Source of the DNA: an uncultured Candidatus Rokubacteria bacterium
GTDB lineage: Bacteria > Methylomirabilota > Methylomirabilia > Rokubacteriales > DASRDR01
NCBI GenBank assembly: GCA_963708025.1
Contig: CAVPSB010000016.1
Coordinates: 384,001 to 448,000 of the forward strand
DNA: 64,000 bases
Reading direction: 5' to 3'
A program made the translations under genes and the position numbers. Below are positions 20,513 through 31,184 of this stretch, in pieces. How positions within the stretch are numbered: position 1 is the stretch's first letter; every line of letters begins with the position of its first letter. Under the pieces are notes generated by a model. The model searched no databases, had not been told where the DNA came from, and worked only from the letters and a program-made list of their open reading frames with translations.

Positions 20513-20591
20513 ACGCGCGTGGCGGGTTCCCGCCAGGCGGTGGTAGACTCGAAGGCAACCGGGTTGGACTCATCTCGAATGGGAGGACGTG

Positions 20592-20993
20592 ATGTCGTAC
20601 TTCAGGGGAGCCGTTATCGCATCCCTCGTCATCGCTCTGACCGGCTGCGCCGCGACGCTTCCCGCCGCCCGCGACCTCCAGCCGCAAGACGTGAATCGGC
20701 TAGCCGGGAACTGGACCTGGACCGCCTGGTCCTCGACGCCGGCCCGCCTCGGGGCCGGACCGATCAAGGTCAAGGTCGCCGACGGCCGGCTGCAGTTCGA
20801 AGCATCGGCCGCCGTCGGCACCCTGGTCCTGTACGAAGACGCCAGCCGGCGAGTCCTGAGAGGGGAAGGCCGGGATCGCACGGGAGGCGGGCCGTTCGTC
20901 GTGGAGCTGACCCAGCGGGGCGCCGTGACCCCGGCGACCGCGGGCTTTGACGGCTCGGGCAGGGCGGTCTTCGCGCTGGTCGTCGTCCAGTAG
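20592..20993 (+). CDS. Hypothetical lipoprotein
   Basis: GGGAGG RBS; IALTGC lipobox; beta-rich mature part (LAGNWTW). Confidence 0.6.
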   Translation: MSYFRGAVIASLVIALTGCAATLPAARDLQPQDVNRLAGNWTWTAWSSTPARLGAGPIKVKVADGRLQFEASAAVGTLVLYEDASRRVLRGEGRDRTGGGPFVVELTQRGAVTPATAGFDGSGRAVFALVVVQ

Positions 20994-21172
20994 CACCCCG
21001 CCCCAGAACCGCCGGCGATCCTGTCCACGATCTCCTCGGCCCTGCTCCCCGCTGACCGATCCAGGGAAGCGGGGGCGGGCCGAGGATCGCCTCGTCACCA
21101 CGACTCGCCTTCTCGGTAGCCCGGCCGCACTCTGGACGCGATCTCGGGAGCGAACGATGAAGGGAGCCAGCC

Positions 21173-22198
21173 ATGGGTCATGACGCGATCCGGATCCGGG
21201 ACATCGTCGCCGAGCCGGGCACCCGGCAGCGCGGGCGTCTCAAAGTCGGCGAGACCGCGGCCGGGCCCATCGAGATGCCCCTGGTGATCGTCCACGGGTC
21301 GGGCCCCGGGCCCACGCTCTGTCTCACCGGTGCCGTCCACGGCACCGAGTACCCCGGCACCACGGCCGTCCGCGAGCTGACCCGGCAGCTCGACCCCGAG
21401 CGGCTGACCGGCACGGTGATCGCGGTCACCGTCACCAACATGCCGATGTACCAGGCCCGCTCGCCGTTCATCTCGCCGATCGACGGGCTGAACCTGAACC
21501 GGGTGGCGCCCGGCCGCCCGGACGGGACGATCACCGAGCGCATCGCCCACACCCTCTTCAGCGAGGTGATGCCCCTGGCCACCCACCACATCGACTGCCA
21601 CGGCGGGGACATCACCGAGGCGCTCTGGCCGTACGCGGCCTACCGCGTGACCGGCAACCGCGCCGTCGACGAGGTCGGCGAGGCCATGGCCCGCGTGTAC
21701 ACCCCCCGGATCTTCGCCCTCCTCAAGGAAGGCCTCCCGCTGGCCATCACCCACGGCACCGTCACCTCCGAGGCCGCCCGGCGCGGCATCGCCTCGATCC
21801 TGGGCGAGTGCGGCAGCGACCGCGGACTCGATCCGGCCGACGTGCGCACGCACGTCAACGGGATCACCAGCGTGATGCGCTACCTGAAGATGATCCCGGG
21901 CGAGCCGACCGTCGCCCGGGACCTGCTCCTGGGCGTCAGCCAGTTCGTGGTCCCGGCCGATCGCGGCGGCCTCCTGCGCCTCGCCGTCCAGGTCGGTGAC
22001 GAGATCGCCGAGGGCCAGCCGCTCGGCGAGATCTGGGACGAGTTCGGCGACGTCGTGGAGACGCTCCGGGCCCCGGCCCGGGGTCTGATCCGCCTCGTCT
22101 GGACCCACAAGGTGGTCAACACGGGCGACCTCGTGCTCAAGTGCTGGGTTACCGAGCCGGCGCCGCCCTTCCCCTTGACGGATCGGTTCGCCCGGTAG
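21173..22198 (+). CDS. Succinylglutamate desuccinylase/aspartoacylase-family (M14) deacylase
   Basis: GAVHGTE, NLNRVAPG, IDCHGG, GECG; C-terminal barrel-sandwich domain. Confidence 0.88.
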   Translation: MGHDAIRIRDIVAEPGTRQRGRLKVGETAAGPIEMPLVIVHGSGPGPTLCLTGAVHGTEYPGTTAVRELTRQLDPERLTGTVIAVTVTNMPMYQARSPFISPIDGLNLNRVAPGRPDGTITERIAHTLFSEVMPLATHHIDCHGGDITEALWPYAAYRVTGNRAVDEVGEAMARVYTPRIFALLKEGLPLAITHGTVTSEAARRGIASILGECGSDRGLDPADVRTHVNGITSVMRYLKMIPGEPTVARDLLLGVSQFVVPADRGGLLRLAVQVGDEIAEGQPLGEIWDEFGDVVETLRAPARGLIRLVWTHKVVNTGDLVLKCWVTEPAPPFPLTDRFAR

Positions 22199-22241
22199 CA
22201 TCGTCGAGCCAGCGCCAGCGGCGCGGCAGGGAGGCCCCGGC

Positions 22242-23405
22242 ATGGAGATCAGGTCCCAGAAGCTCAGCGAGTTCTTCAACATCGGGCGCGACCGGGGGTG
22301 GGACGTCCAGAAGCAGGCCTGGACCGTGCATTCCCTGGTCAACCCCGAAGGCCGGGTCCTCACGCTCGGGGACATCATGGAGGGGATCCCGCCGGACCTC
22401 CCCCTGGCGAAGTCCGGCAACCGCTACGGCTACCCGCCGCTCCGGGAACAGATCGTCCGGTCGCAGCGCTACGAGGTCACCGCCGACGACGTCCTCGTCA
22501 CCTCGGGTACCCAGCACGCGAACTACCTGGCGTTCGCCACCCTGCTCCAGGCCGGCGACGAGGCCATCATCGAGTCACCCTCGTGGGAGCAGCCGAAGGT
22601 CCTGTGCGAGGCGCTCTCCGTGCAGGCCCGGATCCTCCCGCGGCGTCCGGAGCTCGGGTGGAAGTTCGACCTCGACGAGCTCGAGCGGCTGGTCTCCCCC
22701 CGCGTGAAGCTGATCTACCTCTGCCACCCGAGCAACCCCACCGGGGCGATCCTCGACGAGTCGGAGCTGAAGGCCGTCTGCGCCGTCGCCGATCGGATCG
22801 GCGCCTACGTCGTCTCCGACGAGATCTACCGGGGCCTCGAGTGGGACGAGGCGCTGTCTCCCTCGGTGGTCAACGTCTACGAGCGGGGCGTGACCACGAG
22901 CAGCATCTCCAAGACCCTGGGGATGAGCGGGCTCCGCCTCGGGTGGCTCGCGACCCGGGACCGGGCGTTTCGCGAGCGGTGCATGGAGCTGAAGTACTAC
23001 ATCAGCCTCCACCAGCAGAGCCGCCTCGACGAGGTCGTGGCCCTGGCCGCCCTCGAGCCGACCCGATACTGGCGCCTGGTGAGGAAGACGATGGACGCCG
23101 CCCGCGTCAACTACGATCTGGTGGCCGCCTGGATGAAGGACAACGGCGTCTTCACCTGGATCCCGCCTGGCGGCGGCTTCCTGTCGTTCCCCCGCTACGA
23201 CCTGGACATCCCCTCCTGGGACCTCTGCGTCCGCCTGCTGGAGGCGCCGTACCGCACGTACCTGATCCCGGGGAGCTGTTACGGCCACGAGGGGCACGTG
23301 CGGCTCGGCTTCGGCCCCGGCACCCCGGCCGACACGATCCGCGCCGGCCTCGCCGCGGTCGACCGCTTCGTCGCCGACCTGCGGGGCCAGACCGTCCGCG
23401 CGTGA
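22242..23405 (+). CDS. PLP-dependent aminotransferase class I/II fold
   Basis: YGYPPLR, HPSNPTG, SDEIY, SISKTLGMSGLRLGW, HVRLGFG. Confidence 0.88.
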   Translation: MEIRSQKLSEFFNIGRDRGWDVQKQAWTVHSLVNPEGRVLTLGDIMEGIPPDLPLAKSGNRYGYPPLREQIVRSQRYEVTADDVLVTSGTQHANYLAFATLLQAGDEAIIESPSWEQPKVLCEALSVQARILPRRPELGWKFDLDELERLVSPRVKLIYLCHPSNPTGAILDESELKAVCAVADRIGAYVVSDEIYRGLEWDEALSPSVVNVYERGVTTSSISKTLGMSGLRLGWLATRDRAFRERCMELKYYISLHQQSRLDEVVALAALEPTRYWRLVRKTMDAARVNYDLVAAWMKDNGVFTWIPPGGGFLSFPRYDLDIPSWDLCVRLLEAPYRTYLIPGSCYGHEGHVRLGFGPGTPADTIRAGLAAVDRFVADLRGQTVRA

Positions 23406-23440
23406 CGCGAATGGATAGCGACGGCAACGGAGGTGCAGCG

Positions 23441-24385
23441 ATGCTGAGGACAATCGGGATCGTGGTGGCGGTGGCCTGGATGCTCGGATCGGCAACGGTT
23501 CCGGCCAGTGCGGCCGATGACGTGGCCGAGCGCTTCACGCGCATCGCGCGGTCGCTGGACTGGCAGCTCGTCGAGACCGTGGCCGTGCAGTTCCCGACCC
23601 ATCACCCGCAGGGGATGGTGAAGATCGGCGACCGCCTCTATTTCTCCACCGTGGAGATCCAGGAGGCCACGCAGCGCTATCCGGAGCCGCGCGACGGGCT
23701 GGACCGCAGCGCGGGCAAGGGCGTCGGCCATCTCTTCGAGATGGATCTGAAGGGCGCCCTGCTCCGCCAGATCCAGCTCGGTGAGGGCGACGTCTACCAC
23801 CCCGGCGGCATCGACTTCGACGGCACCCACCTCTGGGTGCCGGTGGCCGAGTACCGGCCAAACAGCAACTCGATCGTCTATCGCGTCGATCCGAAGACGA
23901 TGCAGGCGGTCAAGGTCCTGTCCTTCGCCGACCATGTCGGCGGCATCGTTCACGACACCGTGGCCAACACCCTCCACGGCGTGAGCTGGGGCTCGCGACG
24001 CTTCTATCGCTGGACGCTCGACCGCTCGCTCAAGGTGACGAACGCGGCTGCGAAGCCGGAGGCGCTACGCAAGCTCAACCCGGCCTTCTACATCGACTAT
24101 CAGGATTGCCACTACGTCGGCGGCAGCCGCATGCTCTGCTCGGGGCTCAACACCTACCGCATGAAGCCCGACGGCCCACCGTTCCCGCTCGGCGGGCTCG
24201 AGCTGGTCGACCTCAAGACCGACCGACCGCTCCACCAGATTCCCGTCGCGCTGTGGACGGACGGCGGCAAGGTGATGACCCAGAACCCCTTCTGGATCGA
24301 GACCTCGGCGGCCGGGCTGCGCCTCTATTTCATGCCGGAGGACGACAAGTCACGCCTGTTCGTCTACGAGGCGAAGGTCAACTGA
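23441..24385 (+). CDS. Secreted DUF6454-like beta-propeller protein
   Basis: Signal peptide; HHPQGM, YHPGGIDFDG, VPVAEYRPNS, WGSRRFY, IDYQDC, TQNP. Confidence 0.65.
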   Translation: MLRTIGIVVAVAWMLGSATVPASAADDVAERFTRIARSLDWQLVETVAVQFPTHHPQGMVKIGDRLYFSTVEIQEATQRYPEPRDGLDRSAGKGVGHLFEMDLKGALLRQIQLGEGDVYHPGGIDFDGTHLWVPVAEYRPNSNSIVYRVDPKTMQAVKVLSFADHVGGIVHDTVANTLHGVSWGSRRFYRWTLDRSLKVTNAAAKPEALRKLNPAFYIDYQDCHYVGGSRMLCSGLNTYRMKPDGPPFPLGGLELVDLKTDRPLHQIPVALWTDGGKVMTQNPFWIETSAAGLRLYFMPEDDKSRLFVYEAKVN

Positions 24386-24646
24386 CGGCTCGATGACCCG
24401 GTGTTCGAGGGCGGCGACCGCGGCCGCGATCGAGACCGATCTTCGCGCGGTCAGGCGTCCCGCAACCACGGGCCCAGGCCGTCGCGGAGACCGTCGCTCA
24501 CCGACTCGTGCTAAAAGGGCCCTCACGGAGAAAGGAGGGGAAGCTCGACAGCTGATCGGCCGGCCAGCATCGCTCCGCTCCGATCACGATCCCCCGATCG
24601 GCGCGTTCACGATGGGCCGATCTAAGCGTTCAGCTTCGCCGGAATA

Positions 24647-24679
24647 CGCACCCACGCACGCCGCGCCCCTGTGGGTGCG
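24647..24679. terminator. Possible stem-loop between convergent genes
   Basis: CGCACCCAC...GTGGGTGCG 9-bp inverted repeat; no U-tract. Confidence 0.25.
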
Positions 24680-24719
24680 GGAGAAGATCCTACGTTCCGG
24701 GCGGCCTCAGTCCGACTCT

Positions 24720-27700
24720 TCATTCCAGCATCGTCCGCACGTCCTCCGCGCTGCGCCTGTCTCCAACCTCTCGAAAGATCGCCAGCGCAGCGCCCGCCAT
24801 CTCCCGCGCGCGGTCTCGTGATGCCGGGTTTTCCGACGTGAGCTCCGCTCTTCCCCAATCACGCAGCGTCTGCGCGACCTCCCAGCGCGTCCCGAGCTCC
24901 TGATACCGCCGCAGGGCCTCCGCGAAGTGCTCCGCCGCCGTAGACGAGTCGCCGACGGAGCCGAGGACGATGCCGCGCGCGCGGTAGGTCTGAGCGATCT
25001 CCTTCCCTGCGCCGGCGCGCGTCGCCAACGCGAGGACGTGGTCCGGCGCCGCGGCGGCGCGCGGGTCGCCGGTCCGAGCCTGGATCTCCGCGAGGTGGGC
25101 GTGCACCGCTGGTAGAAGCCGGCGAGGTTCGCCCGCGAGCTCCTCGAGCGCGACGCGGGCGTCGGCCAGGCGGTCCTGCGCCATCAGCAAGAGCGCAGGG
25201 AGATGGAGCATGCGGCGCACCGGGTAGTCTTGCGCTTGCCGCGCCAGCGCGCTCGCCTTCTCCTCCTGACCGCGGCGAGCCAACACGACAGCCTGGATGA
25301 GAAAGAGTTCCCCGACGAACGTCTGGTAGATGCGGCCGTAGTTCTCCCAGACACGCAGGAACTCCTCGAACGAGCGCGTCGCGTCATCCCACTGATCCCA
25401 GGCGAAGTGCGCCCAGGTCCGCCAGAGCAGCGCGTGCACGTGCCATCCCCCCAACCCGATCTCCCCGAGGTCGGCGGCGGCCTGCGCCTCCCGCACCGCG
25501 TCGGCGTATCGGCCCAGGGCGGAGTAGGCCTGCGAGAGCATGCAGCCAATGTCGATGAGCTCGGCGCGGTCCTCGATGAGCGGGCCGAGGTCACGGCGGT
25601 GCAGGTGGCATCCGAGCGCGCCAGGGTAGTTGGCGAGGTGCATGTGCACGCCGCCGATCGAATCGAGTACCGCCGAGACGTCGCGGGCCGTGCCGAGCGC
25701 CTCCATGATCGGCAGCGCCTCTTCGGCGCTCGCGAGGGCCGGGCGCAGCTCCTCCTCGTCCCGTCGCCCGGTGAAGTTCGGCAGCGCCGCGCGTGCCATC
25801 AGCAGCCGGCCTTTCTCGATGGAGGGCTCCTGGTCGCGGAGGAGGTCCAGGCCGGCTTGGATCCATCTGATGACGTCGCCCTCGGCCGGGGGCGTCTTGA
25901 AGGCGCCCCGCCAGCGCGTCGGCGCCTCGGCGAGCTTGGCGTACAGGCGCGCGCCCAGGCCGGCGTCAGGCGCTCCCGCCGCGTGCCACATCTCGAGCGC
26001 GCGCCGATGGTGGATGCCTCCGGCGTCCCCCGACCATTGGAGCATGTGGATGTCGCCGATCCGCTCATGCAGTGAGGCGCGGTCCAGGGGGCTGTCCGCG
26101 ATCGCCAACGCGGCCTCGTAATAGTGATTCGCGGGACCGGTGGCGTACTTTCGCGCCGCCATGTCCCCGGCGGTCGTCAGCCAGACCTGGGCCTTCCTCG
26201 GCACCTCCGCGTGCCGATAGTGCCGGCCGAGGGCGCCGGCGGGGGGATCGAGCGCGCCGGCCGTGAGCGCTTCGAGGGCCACGGCCACGTCACCGTGCAG
26301 AAGCTTCCGCCGCGGCGGCAGGAGCCCGCCGTACACCACCTCGCGGATGCGGTCGTGCGTGAAGTCGAAGCCCTCGTCCACGCCGTGCAGCATCCGCCGC
26401 CGCACCAGCTCCTCCACGCCCTCGGCCGCATCGCGCTCGGGGAGCCGGCTGGCCCGCTGCAGGAGCGCGAAGTCGAACTCGCGCCCGATGACGGCCGCCA
26501 CCGAGAGGAGCTGCCGGCTCCCCTCGCTCAAGCGCGCCACGCGTCCGGCGATGACATCCCGGACGCGCTGGGGCAGCGACAGGGTCGCCGGCTCCTGGAG
26601 CGTCAGCCCCTCCCGCAGCGCCCGCACGGTCTCGACGACCACGAACGGGTTGCCCTCGCTGGCGGCCCACGCTTGCTCCTCCAGCCACGCCACCGTGCGC
26701 GCCTCGCTGCCCGCCACGGTGAGGCACCGCACGAGCCTGGACGTGTCGGGGCGCGACAGCGGCGAGAGCAGTAGCTCACCGAAGTGGCCCTCGCCTCGGA
26801 GCTCCCCGAGCACCCGACGCAGGGTGTCGGCGTCGGCAAGCTCCTCCTCCCGCGCCGTCGCCACCACCAGCACGGGCCACGCCTGCACGCGACGGCCCAG
26901 GAACGACAGCAGCCGCAGGCTCATCTCGTCGGCCCAGTGCAAGTCCTCGAGCATGAGCGCGAGCGGCTGGGTCGAGGCGACGTGCGCGACGAGATAGGCG
27001 ACACTCTCGAAGAGGCGGAGGTAGTCGTCGCTGGGCGCGGGCAGCCCCGGCCCCGCGAGCTCTGGAAACAGCCGGGCCAGCTCCGCCCGCCAGACGGGGT
27101 TCAGCCCGCTGACCATGACCTCCTCGGCGATCAGCCCACCCGTGCGGAAGGCATCGACCCAGGGACCGAACGGCAGAATCTGGGCACTTTCATAGGCCCG
27201 GCCGACCAAGACGTGGCTGCCGCCCTGGCGGGCTTCAGTCGCCACTTCCACGAGGAGGCGGGTCTTGCCGACGCCGGCCTCACCCAGGACCGCGACGGCG
27301 CGGCCGCGGCCCCCGCCGGCCTCGGCCAACGCATTCCGCAGCGTGGCCAACTCGACGTCGCGGCCGATCAGCGATGTCTCGGTGGTCACCGCCTCCGGAC
27401 GGGCCCCCAGCGGCACCCGGCGCGTCAGTTCCTGGCCGGCTTTCCCCAACGCCGTCCGGCTGGACGGCGCCTCGTCACGGCGCCGGATGATCTCCTGGTA
27501 GAGCTGCTTCGTCTCCGCTTCCGGCTCCACCCCCAGCTCGCGCTGGAGCACCCCCACGCACTGCTGGTACTGGCGCAGCGCGGCGCCCCGCCGGCCAGTC
27601 TGGGCGTAGAGGCGCATCAGCGTGCGGTGCACCGGCTCCTGCAACGGGTCCAGGCTCGAGAGCTTGAGCCCCGTCTGGATCGCCGGCTCCGTCTGGGCGG

Positions 27701-28199
27701 CGCTCCTCTGGTGCGCCAGGAGCTTCGCCAGCCCCTCCAGCGCCAGCTCCCGGAGCCGCTCCCGTTCCCCCAGCAGCCACTCCTCGAAGCCCCCCGCCCC
27801 CTCCACGCTCAGCCCCGCCAGCAGGTCCCCCTGGTAGAGCGGCACCGCCGCCTCCAGCGCCGCCGGCGTCCCCTCGGCGACCCCTCGCTCGAACGCCGCC
27901 ACGTCCACCTCCACCGCCGCCGGGTCCAGCGCGACCGCGTCCCCCTCCACGCGCACCCCGCCGGCGGGCAGCGCCCGCCGCAGCGCGAACAGCGCCTGGC
28001 GGAGGCTGTTGCGGGCCTGGCCCTCGGGGCTGTCGCCCCAGAGCAGGGTCGCCAGCTTGTCGCGCGGATGCGCCCGCCCGGCGGAGAGGGCGAGGTAGGC
28101 GAGCAACGCCTGGGCCTTCCGCGTCGGCAGGGGGAGGGCGGGGCCCGATCCGATCCGGGCCTGGAAGCCGCCCAAGAGGGTGAGCTGGAGGGATGCCAT
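24720..28199 (-). CDS. AfsR/SARP-type regulator: wHTH + BTAD + AAA (STAND) ATPase + TPR
   Basis: LTLLGGF..RKAQALLAYL..RDKLATLLW; LYQGDLL..FEEW..DPLQE; LIGRDVEL..GEAGVGKTRL; LEDLHWAD; GNPF; FTHDRIRE. Confidence 0.92.
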   Translation of the reverse strand: MASLQLTLLGGFQARIGSGPALPLPTRKAQALLAYLALSAGRAHPRDKLATLLWGDSPEGQARNSLRQALFALRRALPAGGVRVEGDAVALDPAAVEVDVAAFERGVAEGTPAALEAAVPLYQGDLLAGLSVEGAGGFEEWLLGERERLRELALEGLAKLLAHQRSAAQTEPAIQTGLKLSSLDPLQEPVHRTLMRLYAQTGRRGAALRQYQQCVGVLQRELGVEPEAETKQLYQEIIRRRDEAPSSRTALGKAGQELTRRVPLGARPEAVTTETSLIGRDVELATLRNALAEAGGGRGRAVAVLGEAGVGKTRLLVEVATEARQGGSHVLVGRAYESAQILPFGPWVDAFRTGGLIAEEVMVSGLNPVWRAELARLFPELAGPGLPAPSDDYLRLFESVAYLVAHVASTQPLALMLEDLHWADEMSLRLLSFLGRRVQAWPVLVVATAREEELADADTLRRVLGELRGEGHFGELLLSPLSRPDTSRLVRCLTVAGSEARTVAWLEEQAWAASEGNPFVVVETVRALREGLTLQEPATLSLPQRVRDVIAGRVARLSEGSRQLLSVAAVIGREFDFALLQRASRLPERDAAEGVEELVRRRMLHGVDEGFDFTHDRIREVVYGGLLPPRRKLLHGDVAVALEALTAGALDPPAGALGRHYRHAEVPRKAQVWLTTAGDMAARKYATGPANHYYEAALAIADSPLDRASLHERIGDIHMLQWSGDAGGIHHRRALEMWHAAGAPDAGLGARLYAKLAEAPTRWRGAFKTPPAEGDVIRWIQAGLDLLRDQEPSIEKGRLLMARAALPNFTGRRDEEELRPALASAEEALPIMEALGTARDVSAVLDSIGGVHMHLANYPGALGCHLHRRDLGPLIEDRAELIDIGCMLSQAYSALGRYADAVREAQAAADLGEIGLGGWHVHALLWRTWAHFAWDQWDDATRSFEEFLRVWENYGRIYQTFVGELFLIQAVVLARRGQEEKASALARQAQDYPVRRMLHLPALLLMAQDRLADARVALEELAGEPRRLLPAVHAHLAEIQARTGDPRAAAAPDHVLALATRAGAGKEIAQTYRARGIVLGSVGDSSTAAEHFAEALRRYQELGTRWEVAQTLRDWGRAELTSENPASRDRAREMAGAALAIFREVGDRRSAEDVRTMLE

Positions 28200-28262
28200 G
28201 GGCCACCGGCCAGGGGCCACGCCGACCATAGCACTCCCCGGATGGCGGGCCAAGTCCGGGGC

Positions 28263-28317
28263 TCGACGGGCGTTTAACGCTCACCTGGACGGGCCCGTAA
28301 CGGCGCCCCCTTACCCT
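28263..28317 (+). promoter_or_regulatory. Candidate SARP operator/promoter (four ACG-core direct repeats plus -10)
   Basis: ACG cores at 28266, 28277, 28289, 28300 (11/12/11 bp); TACCCT at 28312, 8 bp after the last TAACGG. Confidence 0.55.
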
Positions 28318-28338
28318 CGGGCGCGAAGGAGGTCTCAC

Positions 28339-28440
28339 ATGGTCACCCAACAGGAGCTGGAGGCGCTGCGCGACCGGTATCCGGATCTGCCCTGGCCCCC
28401 CCGGCCACCCTGTCCCCGCGAACTCCGGGCAAGAACATGA
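28339..28440 (+). CDS. 33-aa peptide (or frameshifted N-terminus of the next ORF)
   Basis: AAGGAGG RBS; MVTQQELEALRDRYPDLPWPPRPP...; ATGA overlap with the next ORF. Confidence 0.4.
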   Translation: MVTQQELEALRDRYPDLPWPPRPPCPRELRART

Positions 28441-28610
28441 CCTTCGTCGTCCGGCTCTCGCTCGACGAGGCCGGACGCGTGACCGGGATCGTGGAGCGGG
28501 TGCGGATCGGAGAGAAGGAGCGGTTCGAGGGAGTCGCCGCCATCGCGACGTTGATCGCGCGCATGGTGGAGGCCGACCACATCCAGAGAGAAGCGGAGGA
28601 CACGCGATGA
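28437..28610 (+). CDS. 57-aa uncharacterised protein, paralog of 31185-31379
   Basis: MTFVVRLSLDEAGRVTGIVERVRIGEKERFEGVAAIATLIARMV; ATGA overlaps at both ends. Confidence 0.65.
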   Translation: MTFVVRLSLDEAGRVTGIVERVRIGEKERFEGVAAIATLIARMVEADHIQREAEDTR

Positions 28611-28747
28611 CCACGCTCAAAGGCAAGCACGCCCTGGTGACTGGAGGTTCCCGCGGGATCGGCCGGGGGATCGCCCTCGAGCTCGCCGCCGAGGGCGCCC
28701 GGGGCGCCGTCCACTACTACCAGAACGAGGCCGCCGCCAAGGACACC
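28607..28747 (+). pseudogene. Truncated short-chain dehydrogenase (N-terminus only)
   Basis: MTTLKGKHALVTGGSRGIGRGIALELA...HYYQNEAAAKDT, then similarity is lost. Confidence 0.75.
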
Positions 28748-28947
28748 CCCCGGGGGGCCATGGCCGAGAATGGGCATTGTGTTGACTCCCCCCCCGGTGA
28801 GCAAGTGGCACTGGCCGACGTGGTCGCTCGGCTCGCGGCCCGCCCCGAGGGGCGGGTGCCCGGGGGCACCAGGTGGGCCAGTTCCGTGACACAGGCGCGC
28901 GAGATGACCGAGATAGGGCCGTCCCGGACCGGCACGGAGGTGGTGTC

Positions 28948-30917
28948 ATGAGACGAGGTGTCAGGCGGGCTGCCTTGTTCGTTGGCATGACGATCATCTT
29001 CGCGGCTGTCTTGGCTCTTCCGCCGGGACACCATGTGCGGGCCAATGAGCATCACGACTCGAGTGGTCGGAACGATGATCGGGGAAGAGCCAGCGACAAG
29101 GGCGGGAGGCACCGGCATCATCGGTGCGATCCTCTGCGGGACCAGCACGGCAAGGCGAAGAGGATCGACGGGAGATGTCCGACGGGAGGCAGCAGCAACG
29201 GCATCGCCAAGGGCGACTTCAACGGCGATGGCTTTGCCGATCTCGCCATCGGGGTGCCGGGCGAAGAGACGCCTTCCGGCGTGCCCAGTTCCGGCGCGGT
29301 GATTGTCATCTACGGCTCGGCCAGCGGGCTCACCGCAACCGACCCCAATGTCCCGGCCTCTCAGTTCTGGTCCCAGAACGCGACCGGGGTTCCGGGGACC
29401 TCTGAGGCCGGTGATGGGTTTGGCTCGGCCTTGGCAGCGGGTGACTTCAACGATGACGGATTCTCAGATCTCGCCATCGGGGCGCCTGCTGATGTGAGCG
29501 TTAGAGGCGGTGCGGGGTTTGTAGGGCAAGTGTACGTGATCTACGGCTCCTCGGTTGGACTGACGACCGACAACAGCTTGGGCGTTCCGAGGGCCCAGCG
29601 CTTTTCAATGGGGGAATTGAACACAGGGGGCCTACTGGCCCCCTTCGCGGCTACGACGGAAGACGACGTACCTGGCACCTTCTCCTTCGGCGCCGCTCTG
29701 GCCTGGGGTGATTTCAACGGGGATGGCTTTGGCGACCTCGCGGTGGGTTCGCCGAGGGAAATGGTCAACAATTTTGAAGATTTTCCCACAATGGCCGGAG
29801 CGGTGGGCATCATTTTCGGGAGCAGTACCGGCCTGGAGGTCGCGGGCAGCCAGGTCTTCACCCAGGAAAGTCCCGGCATCCCGGGCAACAGTATTGGCGG
29901 TGACCTCTTCGGGGCAGCCCTGGCCGGAGGAGACTTTGACGGGGACGGTGTCACGGACCTGGCCATCGGGATTCCGTTGAAGAATGTCCCAGGTACCGCC
30001 ACGCAGGGTGGCGGTCTCCTCAACGATGCCGGAGCCGTGCTGGTTCTGTTCGGAAGCAGCGGTGTTGGACTCGTGACCACGCTGAACCGGTTCTTTGACG
30101 AGACGGATCTCTTCGAAGGCGCCGGCTTCGGCGTGGGGGACCGCTCCCAAGCCGGTGCCCGGTTCGGCTCCGCTCTGGCGGCCGGCGACTTCAATGGCGA
30201 TGGTCGGGATGACCTGGCGGCGGCCGCGCCCTTCAAGGCCATCCGGGGTCTTCCTCAGGCCGGTGGGGTGTGGGTGGTCTTTAGGACGGCATCGGGCACG
30301 AACCAGTTCTGGGAGCAGTCACTGATCTTTCCTGGCAGCACCGCAATCAACGAGCGCGACGGGGATGGGAGTCCCACGGAGGCCGGGGATCTCTTCGGCG
30401 CGGCCCTGGCCGCCGGCGACTTCAACGGTGACGGTCGAGACGACCTCGCCATTGGCGCGCCGTTTGAGGACGTGCTCGTGCAGCGCAGCGCCAACCGCTT
30501 CGAGACCGTCGTAGACGCGGGTGCGGTGACCGTGGTCTATGGCTCGGCCACTGGCCTGTCGATCGCAGGGCGAGCGCCGCAGCTGTGGCATCAACAGAGC
30601 GTCAACATCGAAGAGGAGGCTGAAGCCGGCGATCGGTTCGGTTCCAGTCTGACCGCCTGGAATTTTGGCAGAAATGAAACTCGCCAGGTCTGTACGCCTG
30701 ATTGCTTTAGAGTGTCAGTCCAAACCGCCGATCTCGCGATCGGGGCGCCGTTCGAGGACGTAGGGAGCGTCGTCAATGCCGGCGCAGTCAACGTCATCTA
30801 TGGCTCCTTTCCGCCAACGGACTGACGTTCTCCAATGACCAGGTCTGGACGCAGAACAGTCCTGGGGTTCCAGGGGCATCCGAGACCAACGACCGCTTCG
30901 GCGGCGCAGTGTATTGA
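28948..30917 (+). CDS. Secreted FG-GAP (integrin-alpha-like) repeat protein (frameshift near 30810)
   Basis: Signal peptide; repeated [19 protein letters not shown]; last repeat continues in another frame to ...[11 protein letters not shown]. Confidence 0.88.
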
Positions 30918-30962
30918 CACTGGCTCCCCCGGCTCGGCGTCACGGGTGTGCCCGGCCCGCGC

Positions 30963-31004
30963 CTCACGGATTCTTGACGCTCCGCCCGACGCGGTTCCCA
31001 TGCT
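30963..31004 (+). promoter_or_regulatory. Second copy of candidate SARP operator
   Basis: CTCACGGATTCTTGACGCTCCGCCCGACG aligns with 28263-28291; ACG at 30966, 30977, 30989. Confidence 0.45.
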
Positions 31005-31184
31005 CGTTGCCGTACACGGCCCGCGCGAGGGGGAACAATGGGAGCCGGACTCGCAGGGCGCACGCCTGATCGCGCGGATGATCGGACCCAGCGTAGCGGG
31101 GCTGGCCGCGCGCCGTCCCGCCCGCGGGGGGGCGCCTGGCCAGGCCGCAGACGCTCGCTCGGCAGCGCACGGGTAGGCCGGGCG

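Noticed and set aside
29200-30800. DNA repeat array (GGCGACTTCAACGG...)
   Set aside because: Explained by FG-GAP protein repeats
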